A stretch of DNA of 64,000 bases, taken from the NCBI GenBank assembly GCA_965214095.1, contig OZ243938.1:1408001-1472000 (forward strand), given 5' to 3'. A program made the translations under genes and the position numbers. Position 1 is the stretch's first letter. Each line of letters starts with the position of its first letter. The notes below the pieces were generated by a model, which was not told where the DNA came from, did not search any database, and was given only the letters and a program-made list of their open reading frames with translations. This DNA comes from Candidatus Poribacteria bacterium. Its GTDB lineage: Bacteria; Poribacteria; WGA-4E; WGA-3G. Of the stretch, positions 20,182 to 29,540 are shown piece after piece.

Positions 20182-21444
20182 ATGGAAACTACGGTTGTAC
20201 CCTTTCAAGGCTTGCGTTACAATGTAGAGAAAGTAGGTGATATCGCAGATGTAATTGCACCACCCTACGATGTGATAAAGCCTGAAGAACGTATTGAATT
20301 GGAAGCACACCACCCTCAAAATATCATCCGACTAATTTTGAGCCAACCACAGGATGATGACACTGAAAAAAACAATCAATATATACGTGCTACGGAATTG
20401 ATGCAGCATTGGATGTCAGATAATACACTCGTCCAAGACCCTACTCCCCGTTATTATATCTACGATCAATCATTTACTGCACCAGATGGAAAGCATTATA
20501 CGCGTCGGGCAATAATTGCTCTCGTTAAACTTGAACCGTTTGAGAACAGGGTTATCCTCCCCCATGAAAAGACACATGCTGGGCCGAAAATAGATCGCCT
20601 CAATCTCATGCGTGCTTGCCACGCTAATCTTAGTCCGATATTTCTTCTCTATCAAGATGCTAAAGGCGATATTGAACAAATTATGCAGGATTTTACTGAT
20701 GATAACCCGCCTGAGATAGATTGTCCGAACACTTTTGGGAGCACACATCAATTATGGTGTATGGAGAATCCCGATTCCAATAACAAAATACAGAAACTAT
20801 TTACCGCCAAACCGCTTTTAATCGCAGATGGACATCATAGGTATGAAACTGCACTTGCGTTTAGAGATGAGATGTCTCGACAAAGAGGCATCAACACATC
20901 ACTTGGATATGACTATATGATGGTCAATCTTGTTCGGATGGAATCTCCCGGATTGGCAGTATTGGCAATACATCGCTTGCTCAGCGATCTTACTGCTGAA
21001 CAGATCAATCGTGCTATTGCTGGTATGCCTGAAGTATTTGAGGTACACGAAGTAGACTCCCTTTCAAACCTTATGGCAAAATTGGACACATTTAAAGGGA
21101 AATCTCCTGCTGTTGGGATGTCCACTCCTGACAATAAATTTCGCTTATTGATACCACATTCAACTTCTGAAGGACAATTAGATGTTACGATTGTTCAAGA
21201 TACCATAATTCAGAAACTCTTTAAGATTGAAACATTAGCAGACCATATCAGCTATACCGCTTATACTGATGATGCTGTAGCACATGTAAAAGAGGCTTCT
21301 GATCGTGTCGCATTACTCATGAATCCGACACCTGTGGAACAAGTTTTAGATGTTGCAATGGCAGGATCAGTAATGCCACAGAAATCAACCTACTTCTATC
21401 CGAAGATGGCGACGGGGTTTGTTGTGAATCTGTTGAATAGGTAA
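20182..21444 (+). CDS. DUF1015 family protein
   Basis: PPYDVI, PHEKT, IADGHHRYE and MPQKSTYFYPK. Confidence 0.88.
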   Translation: METTVVPFQGLRYNVEKVGDIADVIAPPYDVIKPEERIELEAHHPQNIIRLILSQPQDDDTEKNNQYIRATELMQHWMSDNTLVQDPTPRYYIYDQSFTAPDGKHYTRRAIIALVKLEPFENRVILPHEKTHAGPKIDRLNLMRACHANLSPIFLLYQDAKGDIEQIMQDFTDDNPPEIDCPNTFGSTHQLWCMENPDSNNKIQKLFTAKPLLIADGHHRYETALAFRDEMSRQRGINTSLGYDYMMVNLVRMESPGLAVLAIHRLLSDLTAEQINRAIAGMPEVFEVHEVDSLSNLMAKLDTFKGKSPAVGMSTPDNKFRLLIPHSTSEGQLDVTIVQDTIIQKLFKIETLADHISYTAYTDDAVAHVKEASDRVALLMNPTPVEQVLDVAMAGSVMPQKSTYFYPKMATGFVVNLLNR

Positions 21445-21454
21445 TTAGGAAGAT

Positions 21455-22498
21455 ATGATGCCAAATCAACAGTCATTAGACACTTTAGCATTCTCACATC
21501 ACCTATACGATGAAACACCGCGCGAGTTAGAATTCAGTGCTACGAGCAAATCAGAAGCAGAAGCATGGCAGCAGGTGTTACGTGAAAAACTGATAGAATT
21601 GATGGGTGGGTTTCCTTCAACGAAGTACGACTTACAACCAGAAATATTGGAGACACGAGAATTTGAAGGATATAACCGTGAAACAGTGTTGTTCCAAAGT
21701 CGTCCAAAGATGGAAGTCTACGGATATTACCTTACACCAACCCACATAGACATTTCCTCACCTAACGCCACAATTCTGTGTTTGGCGGGACACGGTCGCG
21801 GTGTAGATGACATCGTAGGGATTGAAGAAGATGGCACGATGCGCGAGGAATATGGTGGATATCAAAACGATTTTGCTTTACAATGTTTAGCATACGGGTA
21901 TAATGTCCTTGCTATAGAACAATTCGGTTTCGGTCATAGGAGAGATGAGGTGGCGCGCGGGAGAGGCGGTGGAAGTTCTTCCTGTCAACCGAGTTCGGGT
22001 GCCGCATTGCTACTCGGACAAACGATGGTTGGTTGGAGAGTCTACGATGCTATACGTGCTTATGATTACCTAAAAACGCGTCCTGAAGTAGACATGAACA
22101 GACTCGGAATTATGGGGATCTCAGGTGGCGGAACAACTTCGTTCTACACGGCTGCAGTTGATCAACGGGTGAAGGCTGCGGTAATTAGTGGATATTTCAA
22201 TACTTTCAAGGATAGCATATTGAGTATTAGTCATTGTATGGACAATTATATTCCGAATGTGTTAAAATATGCTGAGATGCATGATATTGCAGGATTAATC
22301 GCACCACGCGCACTTTTCGCGGAGTCCGGCACTGAAGATACAATTTTTCCGATTGATGCTACCCGATACGCTGTGGAACGCGCAAAGTCAATTTATAAAC
22401 ACTTCAACGCAGAAGACAACTTAGGTCTTGAAGTGTTTGAAGCAGGACACAGTTTTTATGGAGTCGGCGCGTTTGAATTTCTAAAGAAGGTCTTGTAA
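21455..22498 (+). CDS. Alpha/beta hydrolase
   Basis: GISGGG nucleophile elbow; D in GTED; H in AGH. Confidence 0.85.
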   Translation: MMPNQQSLDTLAFSHHLYDETPRELEFSATSKSEAEAWQQVLREKLIELMGGFPSTKYDLQPEILETREFEGYNRETVLFQSRPKMEVYGYYLTPTHIDISSPNATILCLAGHGRGVDDIVGIEEDGTMREEYGGYQNDFALQCLAYGYNVLAIEQFGFGHRRDEVARGRGGGSSSCQPSSGAALLLGQTMVGWRVYDAIRAYDYLKTRPEVDMNRLGIMGISGGGTTSFYTAAVDQRVKAAVISGYFNTFKDSILSISHCMDNYIPNVLKYAEMHDIAGLIAPRALFAESGTEDTIFPIDATRYAVERAKSIYKHFNAEDNLGLEVFEAGHSFYGVGAFEFLKKVL

Positions 22499-22510
22499 AA
22501 GGAGTAGTGA

Positions 22511-23308
22511 GTGGCAATAGAGTTATTTTCAATTGGCACTGAGTTAGTACTCGGTCAAATTCAGGATACCAATGCACACTGGATCGCGCAGCAAATTCTA
22601 CAACTCGGTGGGGAACTACGACGGGTTACCATGCTACGCGATAACTTTGATGAGATGACTGAAGCGTTAGGTTCTTCAATCCAACGTGAGAGTGCACTCA
22701 TCTTAACAACAGGGGGACTCGGACCCACACCAGATGATATGACTGTGGAAGTTATTGCTTCACTCATCGGGACAAAAATTATTGTCAGTGATGAGACTAT
22801 CTCGGAATATCGTAAACGCCGTGAGATGTCAGAGGATGATCCGCTCAATGAAGCATTGACGAAAATGGCAACTATACCTGAGACAGCACAAGTCCTTCAG
22901 AATCCAGCAGGATGGGCACCGTGTATTAGTGTAGAACATCAGAATTCAACTATTATGATGATGCCAGGTCCACCGCGAGAGATGAAGGCGATCTTTGAAA
23001 CACATATCAAACCCTTAATAGTAGAACGTTACCGTTCAGAAATTAGCACGGCACGCGTTCATGTAAATATGTTTGAAGCTGAAGTTTCACCACTGATGCA
23101 AAAGGTGATGGAACGACATCCAGAAGTATATCTAAAGGCTTATGTTTCCCTACGTGAAGTAGGTGGAAACACTATGCCTGTAGATATTGTTTCTACATGC
23201 GACGATAGAGAGGAGTCTGAAAAACAACTTCAATTAGCTATTAACTTTTTCAAGGAACTTGTTCTTGAATCAGGAAAAACTTTCAGTCACGATGAACCGT
23301 CTGAATAA
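22511..23308 (+). CDS. CinA-like molybdopterin-binding domain protein
   Basis: IGTELVLGQIQDTN, GGLGPTPDD and PGPPREM. Confidence 0.85.
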   Translation: MAIELFSIGTELVLGQIQDTNAHWIAQQILQLGGELRRVTMLRDNFDEMTEALGSSIQRESALILTTGGLGPTPDDMTVEVIASLIGTKIIVSDETISEYRKRREMSEDDPLNEALTKMATIPETAQVLQNPAGWAPCISVEHQNSTIMMMPGPPREMKAIFETHIKPLIVERYRSEISTARVHVNMFEAEVSPLMQKVMERHPEVYLKAYVSLREVGGNTMPVDIVSTCDDREESEKQLQLAINFFKELVLESGKTFSHDEPSE

Positions 23309-23376
23309 ATTTACATATGTATTGTCGGCAATAAAGGGCATGACAATACAGATATATTTGTAAGGAGAATTATATT

Positions 23377-23748
23377 TTGAATCGTAGACCATCAGGAAAT
23401 AGGAAAAAGCCGCAATCAAGGTTTTCAAACCAACGAGGAAGAAATCGAAAAAAACCACAAAAAAAGAAGACTCAACAAGATGATGCAGTTGATGTCAATG
23501 CTGAGACAGAAGAAGTTGAATCCTCATCATCTAAAAAAGATAAAATTGAGGTAGAAGGTGTTGTCGTTGAGCCTTTACCGAATGCAATGTTCCGTGTAGA
23601 ATTGGAGAATAAACATAGAATACTTGCACATATCTCTGGTAGGATGCGTAAATTCTTCATCAAAATTGAACCTGGAGATAAAGTTACTGTAGAACTCTCT
23701 CCTTACGATTTGACACGTGGACGCATCACTTATCGTAAGACGAAGTAA
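23377..23748 (+). CDS. infA: Translation initiation factor IF-1 with N-terminal extension
   Basis: [22 protein letters not shown]...[13 protein letters not shown] core; TTG start with AAGGAG RBS. Confidence 0.9.
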   Translation: MNRRPSGNRKKPQSRFSNQRGRNRKKPQKKKTQQDDAVDVNAETEEVESSSSKKDKIEVEGVVVEPLPNAMFRVELENKHRILAHISGRMRKFFIKIEPGDKVTVELSPYDLTRGRITYRKTK

Positions 23749-23792
23749 TACCAAATCTAAGAATCACATTTCCTTTAAGAAAGAGACTGTTT

Positions 23793-23815
23793 GTAGTCGC
23801 GCAATTTATTGCGCC
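23793..23815 (+). repeat. GTAG-initiated REP-like hairpin
   Basis: GTAGTC-GCGCAAT-TT-ATTGCGC; related inverted pieces near 47505-47548. Confidence 0.55.
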
Positions 23816-23903
23816 TATTACATTCTTGCTCAAAAGGGAAGTCATTTATAGAAACGGTATAACATATTCAAGATTTTGCTTCTGAACTCTTTAGGATAGT
23901 GTC

Positions 23904-24728
23904 ATGAACCCCGCAACCTTAGTTTATATCAATAGTAATGAAGAAAAAGAGATAAATAGATTACTTCAGACTATTGAGGAAAAACGTGCGCAGGTTGAAG
24001 AACTCACTGTGTCTATGGAAAACCTAAAGACTGAAGTGGATCTGTTTCAACATCGTTATAATGCTCATGTTGGGCGTTATTATCTTGAACTTGATGAAGT
24101 TGACCTTGAATCAAAGGAATTCCGCCTTCGTCTACAATTGCGACGCGAAGACATCTCTGAAGATGAAATTGAGGCGCGTGTGGAAGCCTGCTTTCGGGAA
24201 AACCGAGCACGTATCAACGCAGCCACAGAACAATCAGAATCTGATGAAGACGCTCAAACAAACAATCTGCCAGACGTAGAAGCGAAGTATTTGCAGAAAC
24301 TTTATAGAAAACTCGCGAAACGGTTTCATCCAGATAAATCCGAGGAGAGTGATGAACAGAAGCGGCGGTCACAATTGATGCCGTTGATCAATCGAGCATA
24401 TAAAGAAAACGATATCCAAATCCTTGAAAGGCTAAGTTTTGGAGAAACTGAGGCTACACTGCAGACTGAAGAATCAATCTCGCAAAAAATGGAACGACTT
24501 CATATTGAACTACGTAGTCTGAACCGGGCAACAAGTGAATTACGATCTGATATTAATCGGGTTAAAGCGGGACGTACCTATCAACTAAAACAACAAGTTG
24601 AAACCGCAGAAAAAAAAGGGAATGACCTGCTGACAACACTCGCAGCAGATATCAAACGAAAAGTTCAGTCAAGTCGGGCACAGCTGACACGATTGAAAAA
24701 TCTGTGGGGTGGAAATAAAAAAACATAG
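23904..24728 (+). CDS. Coiled-coil protein with internal J-domain
   Basis: LYRKLAKRFHPD...INRAY flanked by coiled coils. Confidence 0.8.
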   Translation: MNPATLVYINSNEEKEINRLLQTIEEKRAQVEELTVSMENLKTEVDLFQHRYNAHVGRYYLELDEVDLESKEFRLRLQLRREDISEDEIEARVEACFRENRARINAATEQSESDEDAQTNNLPDVEAKYLQKLYRKLAKRFHPDKSEESDEQKRRSQLMPLINRAYKENDIQILERLSFGETEATLQTEESISQKMERLHIELRSLNRATSELRSDINRVKAGRTYQLKQQVETAEKKGNDLLTTLAADIKRKVQSSRAQLTRLKNLWGGNKKT

Positions 24729-24782
24729 TCAACCAGAAACCTACATATTGGATTTTCATGGGCATTTTGTAAGGAATAAGAC

Positions 24783-25517
24783 ATGCAACTCAAAGACAAA
24801 GTCGCTTTAATAACTGGCGGTGGACGTGGTATCGGCAGAGCCATTGCTATCGGTTATGCTGCTGAAGGTGCGAAGGTCGTTATCACTGCACGAAGTCAGG
24901 ACCAGCTTGACGAAGTGACAAATGTTATATCAACACAAGGTGGAGATGTCCTCGCAGTGCAAGCGGATATACGGAATCGTGCTGAGGTAGAGAACCTTGT
25001 CCAACAGACAATAGAAAAATATGGACAGATAGATATCCTTGTCAACAATGCTGGCATCAATCCCAGAGGGTTCTTTTTAGAAACAACTGACGAAGAGTGG
25101 GATGAAGTTTGGAAGATCAATGTCATGGGTGTTGTTCACTGTTGTCGTGCGGTGTTGCCGATAATGCAACAGCAAGGAAGCGGCAATATTATCAACATCG
25201 GTTCTGGTATGGGACAGGTCAGTCATGCGAATCTCAGTATTTATTGTGCATCAAAAGCAGCATTACACGGATTGACACAAGCAATTGCAGAAGAGGTGTG
25301 GGAAGATGGAATCATAGCCAATGTTCTCATACCCGGTCCCGTCAAAACAGAACTCTCAAGACCTGTTTGGGAAGGCGATAAGATATTCAGAGCACAGAGC
25401 GACCCGTGGAAGGACCCAGAGAAAGTTGTTGCTTCGGCCTTGTTTCTTGCTTCACAACCGACTGATAGCGGTATGACTGGTCAGATTCTTAGCATTATGC
25501 GACGAAATAGTCCGTAA
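24783..25517 (+). CDS. SDR family oxidoreductase
   Basis: TGGGRGIG, NNAG and YCASK. Confidence 0.92.
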   Translation: MQLKDKVALITGGGRGIGRAIAIGYAAEGAKVVITARSQDQLDEVTNVISTQGGDVLAVQADIRNRAEVENLVQQTIEKYGQIDILVNNAGINPRGFFLETTDEEWDEVWKINVMGVVHCCRAVLPIMQQQGSGNIINIGSGMGQVSHANLSIYCASKAALHGLTQAIAEEVWEDGIIANVLIPGPVKTELSRPVWEGDKIFRAQSDPWKDPEKVVASALFLASQPTDSGMTGQILSIMRRNSP

Positions 25518-25522
25518 CTGTC

Positions 25523-27469
25523 CTATTTCTGTTCTGAAGTTTTGGTATTGGCTGCAATATTCCACAAGATGGCATTTCCATCAGCAGTGCCATACACAAT
25601 CTGTTTCCCATCAGGACTAAATCTAACACTGTCTATTGGCCTTCTATACCAATAGACTTCCTTCCTATGCTTGGCAGTGGATATATCCCATAATCGTATG
25701 GAACCATCAGAACCACCACTTGCGAGTGCCTTACCATCCGGACTAAATGCTACACATTTAACACTTACTCTATCTCCTCCGAATGTTTTCTTAGTCCTAC
25801 CAGTTTTTGTATCCACAAAACGGATTGCTGACTTTTTCCATTCACCATCGGTTGCGAGTATCTTACTATCTGGACTGAACACTAAAAAATCAACTCCACC
25901 CAACAGTCTGGGTAGTTTTAGTTTTGTTCTTCCTGTTTTGGCATCCCAAATTCGGATGTCTCCATCATCAGAACTACTCGCAAGCATTTTCCCATCTGGA
26001 CTGAAGGCAAGGTGTTCAATAATACTTGTATTTTCCAATAGTATCTTCTTTAGTTTTCCGGTTTTAGTATCATATAGACCGATTGGTTCTTGATTATCAC
26101 TATTGATATCAATAAACTGTCGGACAAGTAAGTAAAGATTCCATGTTGGCAGGATCGCATCTCTACCTCCTGCTGCGAGCAGGCGACCATCTGGACTGAG
26201 TGCTATACTCCACAGGTCTTCAGTATGTGTACCGATCACTCGTGTTGTTTTCCCTGATTTCATATCCGATAGATGAGTAGTCCAGTAACCATCACCAGTT
26301 GCAAGTATCTTCCCGTCTGAACTAAACGCTATGTGGTCAATATACTCGGTATGTCCTTCAAGTATTTTCTTCGTCTTTCCGGTTGTTTTGTCCCATAGGT
26401 GTATAGTTCCATCCATACATCCACTTGCGAGTGTGTGTCCATCTGGACTAGCAACTGTTATTCTGACATCCTTTGCAGGTGCTCTGAGTATTTTCATGTT
26501 GTGTGTATCTAAATCCCACAAGTTTATATTACCGTTCCATAATCCTATAGCAAGCGTCCAACTATCCGGACTGAAATCCATACATGCAACGCTTGATCCA
26601 ACCCATAGTATTTGTTTTTCATTGTGGGTGTTTGTATCCCAAATTCGTATAGTTCGGTCATCACTGCCGCTTGCCAATGTTCTGCCATTAGGACTAAGTG
26701 CGACACAACGCACCTTCTTCTCATGTTCTTTGATGATAGTTTTTGCTTCGGTTTTATTAATGTCCCATAGTCTGATTGTCCAGTCATCACCACAACTAAT
26801 TAATGTCTGTTCATCTGGACTAAATGCTACATTTCTAACTAAGCCGTTATGTCCGGTATAAGTTTTTACTGCTTTTCCTGTCTTTGTATCCCACAATCGG
26901 ATAGTCCCATCGTTACCACAACTTACAAGCATTTCCCCATCCTTACTAAATTCAATACAAGTAATGGGGCCATTATGTCCGATATAAGTTTCCACAATTT
27001 TACCTGTGTTATAATCCCACAATTGTATTGATCCATTAGAATTTCCATTTGCCAGTAACTTTCCATTCGGACTAAATGCTATAGAATAGACAGGTCCAGC
27101 ATCTGTACTGATAGTTTTCTTCGTCTTTCCTGTTACTGCATCCCATATTCGGACTGTTCTGTCTTCACCTCCACTCGCGAGTAGAAGTCCGTTATTTTCT
27201 GAAGATGCATGGAATGTGAGAGCATTTACACGTCTTGTGTGTCCTGTGAGTATCTGCTTAGTTTCATCTGTTGATGTATCCCATATACGGATGGTATTGT
27301 CAGCACTTCCACTTGCAAGCGTTAACCCATCTGGACTGAAAGCGATACAATAGACATAATCGGTATGACCAGATAGAGGTGTATAGAAGTAATATTCTGC
27401 ATAAGTATTTGGAAGAAAGGTGAGCGTAACACATACAAAGCTGATAATCATAACCAACTGATGTTTCAT
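25523..27469 (-). CDS. Secreted WD40-repeat protein
   Basis: Many GH...FSPDG..LASGS.D.TIRIWD repeats after a signal peptide. Confidence 0.92.
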   Translation of the reverse strand: MKHQLVMIISFVCVTLTFLPNTYAEYYFYTPLSGHTDYVYCIAFSPDGLTLASGSADNTIRIWDTSTDETKQILTGHTRRVNALTFHASSENNGLLLASGGEDRTVRIWDAVTGKTKKTISTDAGPVYSIAFSPNGKLLANGNSNGSIQLWDYNTGKIVETYIGHNGPITCIEFSKDGEMLVSCGNDGTIRLWDTKTGKAVKTYTGHNGLVRNVAFSPDEQTLISCGDDWTIRLWDINKTEAKTIIKEHEKKVRCVALSPNGRTLASGSDDRTIRIWDTNTHNEKQILWVGSSVACMDFSPDSWTLAIGLWNGNINLWDLDTHNMKILRAPAKDVRITVASPDGHTLASGCMDGTIHLWDKTTGKTKKILEGHTEYIDHIAFSSDGKILATGDGYWTTHLSDMKSGKTTRVIGTHTEDLWSIALSPDGRLLAAGGRDAILPTWNLYLLVRQFIDINSDNQEPIGLYDTKTGKLKKILLENTSIIEHLAFSPDGKMLASSSDDGDIRIWDAKTGRTKLKLPRLLGGVDFLVFSPDSKILATDGEWKKSAIRFVDTKTGRTKKTFGGDRVSVKCVAFSPDGKALASGGSDGSIRLWDISTAKHRKEVYWYRRPIDSVRFSPDGKQIVYGTADGNAILWNIAANTKTSEQK

Positions 27470-27581
27470 GTGTGTCTCCTAATCTAAAATAGGTTGCTTT
27501 AAGTCACATTTGAATAACACTTTGCTGTTTTGTTGGTAGATATCAGTTGTTTCTTCATTATTGCCAATAACCCATTGATGC

Positions 27582-27615
27582 AAAAACGCACCGAGTGAGA
27601 TGTTCAACTCGGTGC
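27582..27615 (-). terminator. Intrinsic terminator of the Gfo gene
   Basis: GCACCGAGT/ACTCGGTGC stem with a U-run on the minus strand. Confidence 0.65.
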
Positions 27616-27639
27616 TACTTGTAGATTTATATTGCTATG

Positions 27640-28692
27640 CTATAGTGGAAATTGCACGCGTCTTCCTTCTTCAGCTGAACGATAAGCACCTAAAACCATC
27701 TCCACAGATACCCGTCCTGCTTCAACTGATACATCGGGTTCTGTATCATTTTTCAAACAATCAATAAACGGACGAGGGACACCTGCAATCCGTTCACCAT
27801 GGTTGTTTGGAATTGCAATTCCAAGGTCTTTCCACGAAGGATGTTCAGTCGTATACAATTTCAACGCGACTGCATCTTCTGGACGTGGTATGTTACAAGA
27901 AGGACCATCTCCGTAGTTCTGAATGACAACGCCTTTATCACCATATATTTCTGTCGTATTTTCACCAGCATGTGTAACGGATGTATTTATCAGGATAGCC
28001 ATTTCACCACTCGGAAACCGGTAAATTGCAACACCAGTATCATCGGGTGCGACATCTGTCAGGACATTATCTATTTCTGCCATAACACTACTCGGTTTTC
28101 CCAGCATCCAATAGATAAAATCAGTGGCATGGGATGCGTCATCCATAAACATACCCATATTCATTTCTGGGTCAATGTGCCAACGACTCGGTCCTGTTAC
28201 AAAGGCTTCATTGAAAAGAACATTGATACAGTGTCGTCTGCGGAGCAATCCTATTTTTCCTAAAGCTCCGCTTTTAATCAGTTCCTTCATTCTTATGTTC
28301 GCAGGATCGCGACGCATTTGGTGTGCCATCATAAACTTCACACCAGATTTTTCAACTTCCTCCGCAATCTTATCGCAATCGTCTAAGGTAAGTGCCATCG
28401 GTTTTTGGCAAAGAATATGTTTCCCCGCAGATGCTGCAGCTGCGACCATTTCAGCATGCCGATTTGTTTCACAGGTCACAATAACAGCGTCTATTTCTTT
28501 ATTATTTACAACATCTTCAAGGTGAGGTGAGAAACGCATCTTGAATTGATTTGCAGCATTTTCTCCGCGATCTATGTTGTCGTCCCAACATGCGATGAGT
28601 TTTACATCATCAAACCCCATCATTTTGTTGCAATACGCATTTGCATGTCCGTGTGCGAAACTTATTATACCGATACCAATTTTTGTATTCAT
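27640..28692 (-). CDS. Gfo/Idh/MocA family oxidoreductase
   Basis: GKHILCQKP and DDASH; ATGA overlap with the upstream PIN gene. Confidence 0.88.
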   Translation of the reverse strand: MNTKIGIGIISFAHGHANAYCNKMMGFDDVKLIACWDDNIDRGENAANQFKMRFSPHLEDVVNNKEIDAVIVTCETNRHAEMVAAAASAGKHILCQKPMALTLDDCDKIAEEVEKSGVKFMMAHQMRRDPANIRMKELIKSGALGKIGLLRRRHCINVLFNEAFVTGPSRWHIDPEMNMGMFMDDASHATDFIYWMLGKPSSVMAEIDNVLTDVAPDDTGVAIYRFPSGEMAILINTSVTHAGENTTEIYGDKGVVIQNYGDGPSCNIPRPEDAVALKLYTTEHPSWKDLGIAIPNNHGERIAGVPRPFIDCLKNDTEPDVSVEAGRVSVEMVLGAYRSAEEGRRVQFPL

Positions 28693-29192
28693 ATATGCAT
28701 TACCCACTTCGTTAGTTCCTGTTGTGCATCTGTTTCCGGATTGAATACCAATAAACCTTCTGATTCAGCACCACTGTTTAGAAGTTGATCAGAGGACACG
28801 AGAACCAACCTATTTCCAGTCTTCCAGAGAGATCTTGTAACATCAACTGCAGAACGGAGCAATATGGCATTAACACTATTGAGTGAATATGCCTGAATCA
28901 TAGGCATTGAACTTAATATCAGAGAATCCTCAATAGACATTATATGGAAATCAGAGTGACTGTCTAAAATCTCAGATTCTAAGTTTATACTTGCTTGAGA
29001 AAAGTCATCTTCGTTGATTCTTCTATCAATCTTCTTACGAAAAAATATCCAATATAACTCAGTAATAGCCATTATTGAACACATCATACGGTTCATTGGT
29101 AAGTTAGAAAAAATGAAATTTATATGTTCACTACCAGGCTCTTTAGTATAACGTTTAACCAATGCACTTGCGTCAAAATAAAAATAGTACAT
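28689..29192 (-). CDS. PIN-domain (VapC-like) toxin
   Basis: YFDASALVKRY, E.GS, and SSD...AESEGL motifs. Confidence 0.82.
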   Translation of the reverse strand: MYYFYFDASALVKRYTKEPGSEHINFIFSNLPMNRMMCSIMAITELYWIFFRKKIDRRINEDDFSQASINLESEILDSHSDFHIMSIEDSLILSSMPMIQAYSLNSVNAILLRSAVDVTRSLWKTGNRLVLVSSDQLLNSGAESEGLLVFNPETDAQQELTKWVMHI

Positions 29193-29194
29193 AC

Positions 29195-29377
29195 TTATCT
29201 ATATCTTTCCTCAATAATTGCCCGACTACATTCGTTATCAATTAGACGAATTCTGCTCTTTTCCATACGTTCTTGTAATTCTTCCGCAGGAATAGGCTCA
29301 CCATAAATTTCCATAACCTTAAAAACTTCTTGAACAAGTTTTGCATGTTCTTCTTTGTTTATTTCAAAATGTGCCAT
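29195..29377 (-). CDS. Putative antitoxin
   Basis: Small ORF directly upstream of the PIN gene, ending SRAIIEER. Confidence 0.6.
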   Translation of the reverse strand: MAHFEINKEEHAKLVQEVFKVMEIYGEPIPAEELQERMEKSRIRLIDNECSRAIIEERYR

Positions 29378-29394
29378 TACTTTTCCACCTGTAC

Positions 29395-29523
29395 TTAAAA
29401 TTCGTCTTGCTCCTGTTTTTCTAAATGATCAACAAGCACAGAAACTATTTCCTTCAACTCAGTAATGCCTTTTTCAAGTCTATCTAATCGTTCCAAGACA
29501 GTTTCAAGCGTAACTTTTGCCAT
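29395..29523 (-). CDS. 42-aa coiled-coil peptide (below the ORF-track cutoff)
   Basis: MAKVTLETVLERLDRLEKGITELKEIVSVLVDHLEKQEQDEF with an AGGAGG RBS. Confidence 0.6.
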   Translation of the reverse strand: MAKVTLETVLERLDRLEKGITELKEIVSVLVDHLEKQEQDEF

Positions 29524-29540
29524 CGTTAATACCTCCTATA

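Noticed and set aside
25671-27031. Plus-strand ORFs inside the WD40 gene
   Set aside because: They are antisense shadows of a repetitive coding sequence.
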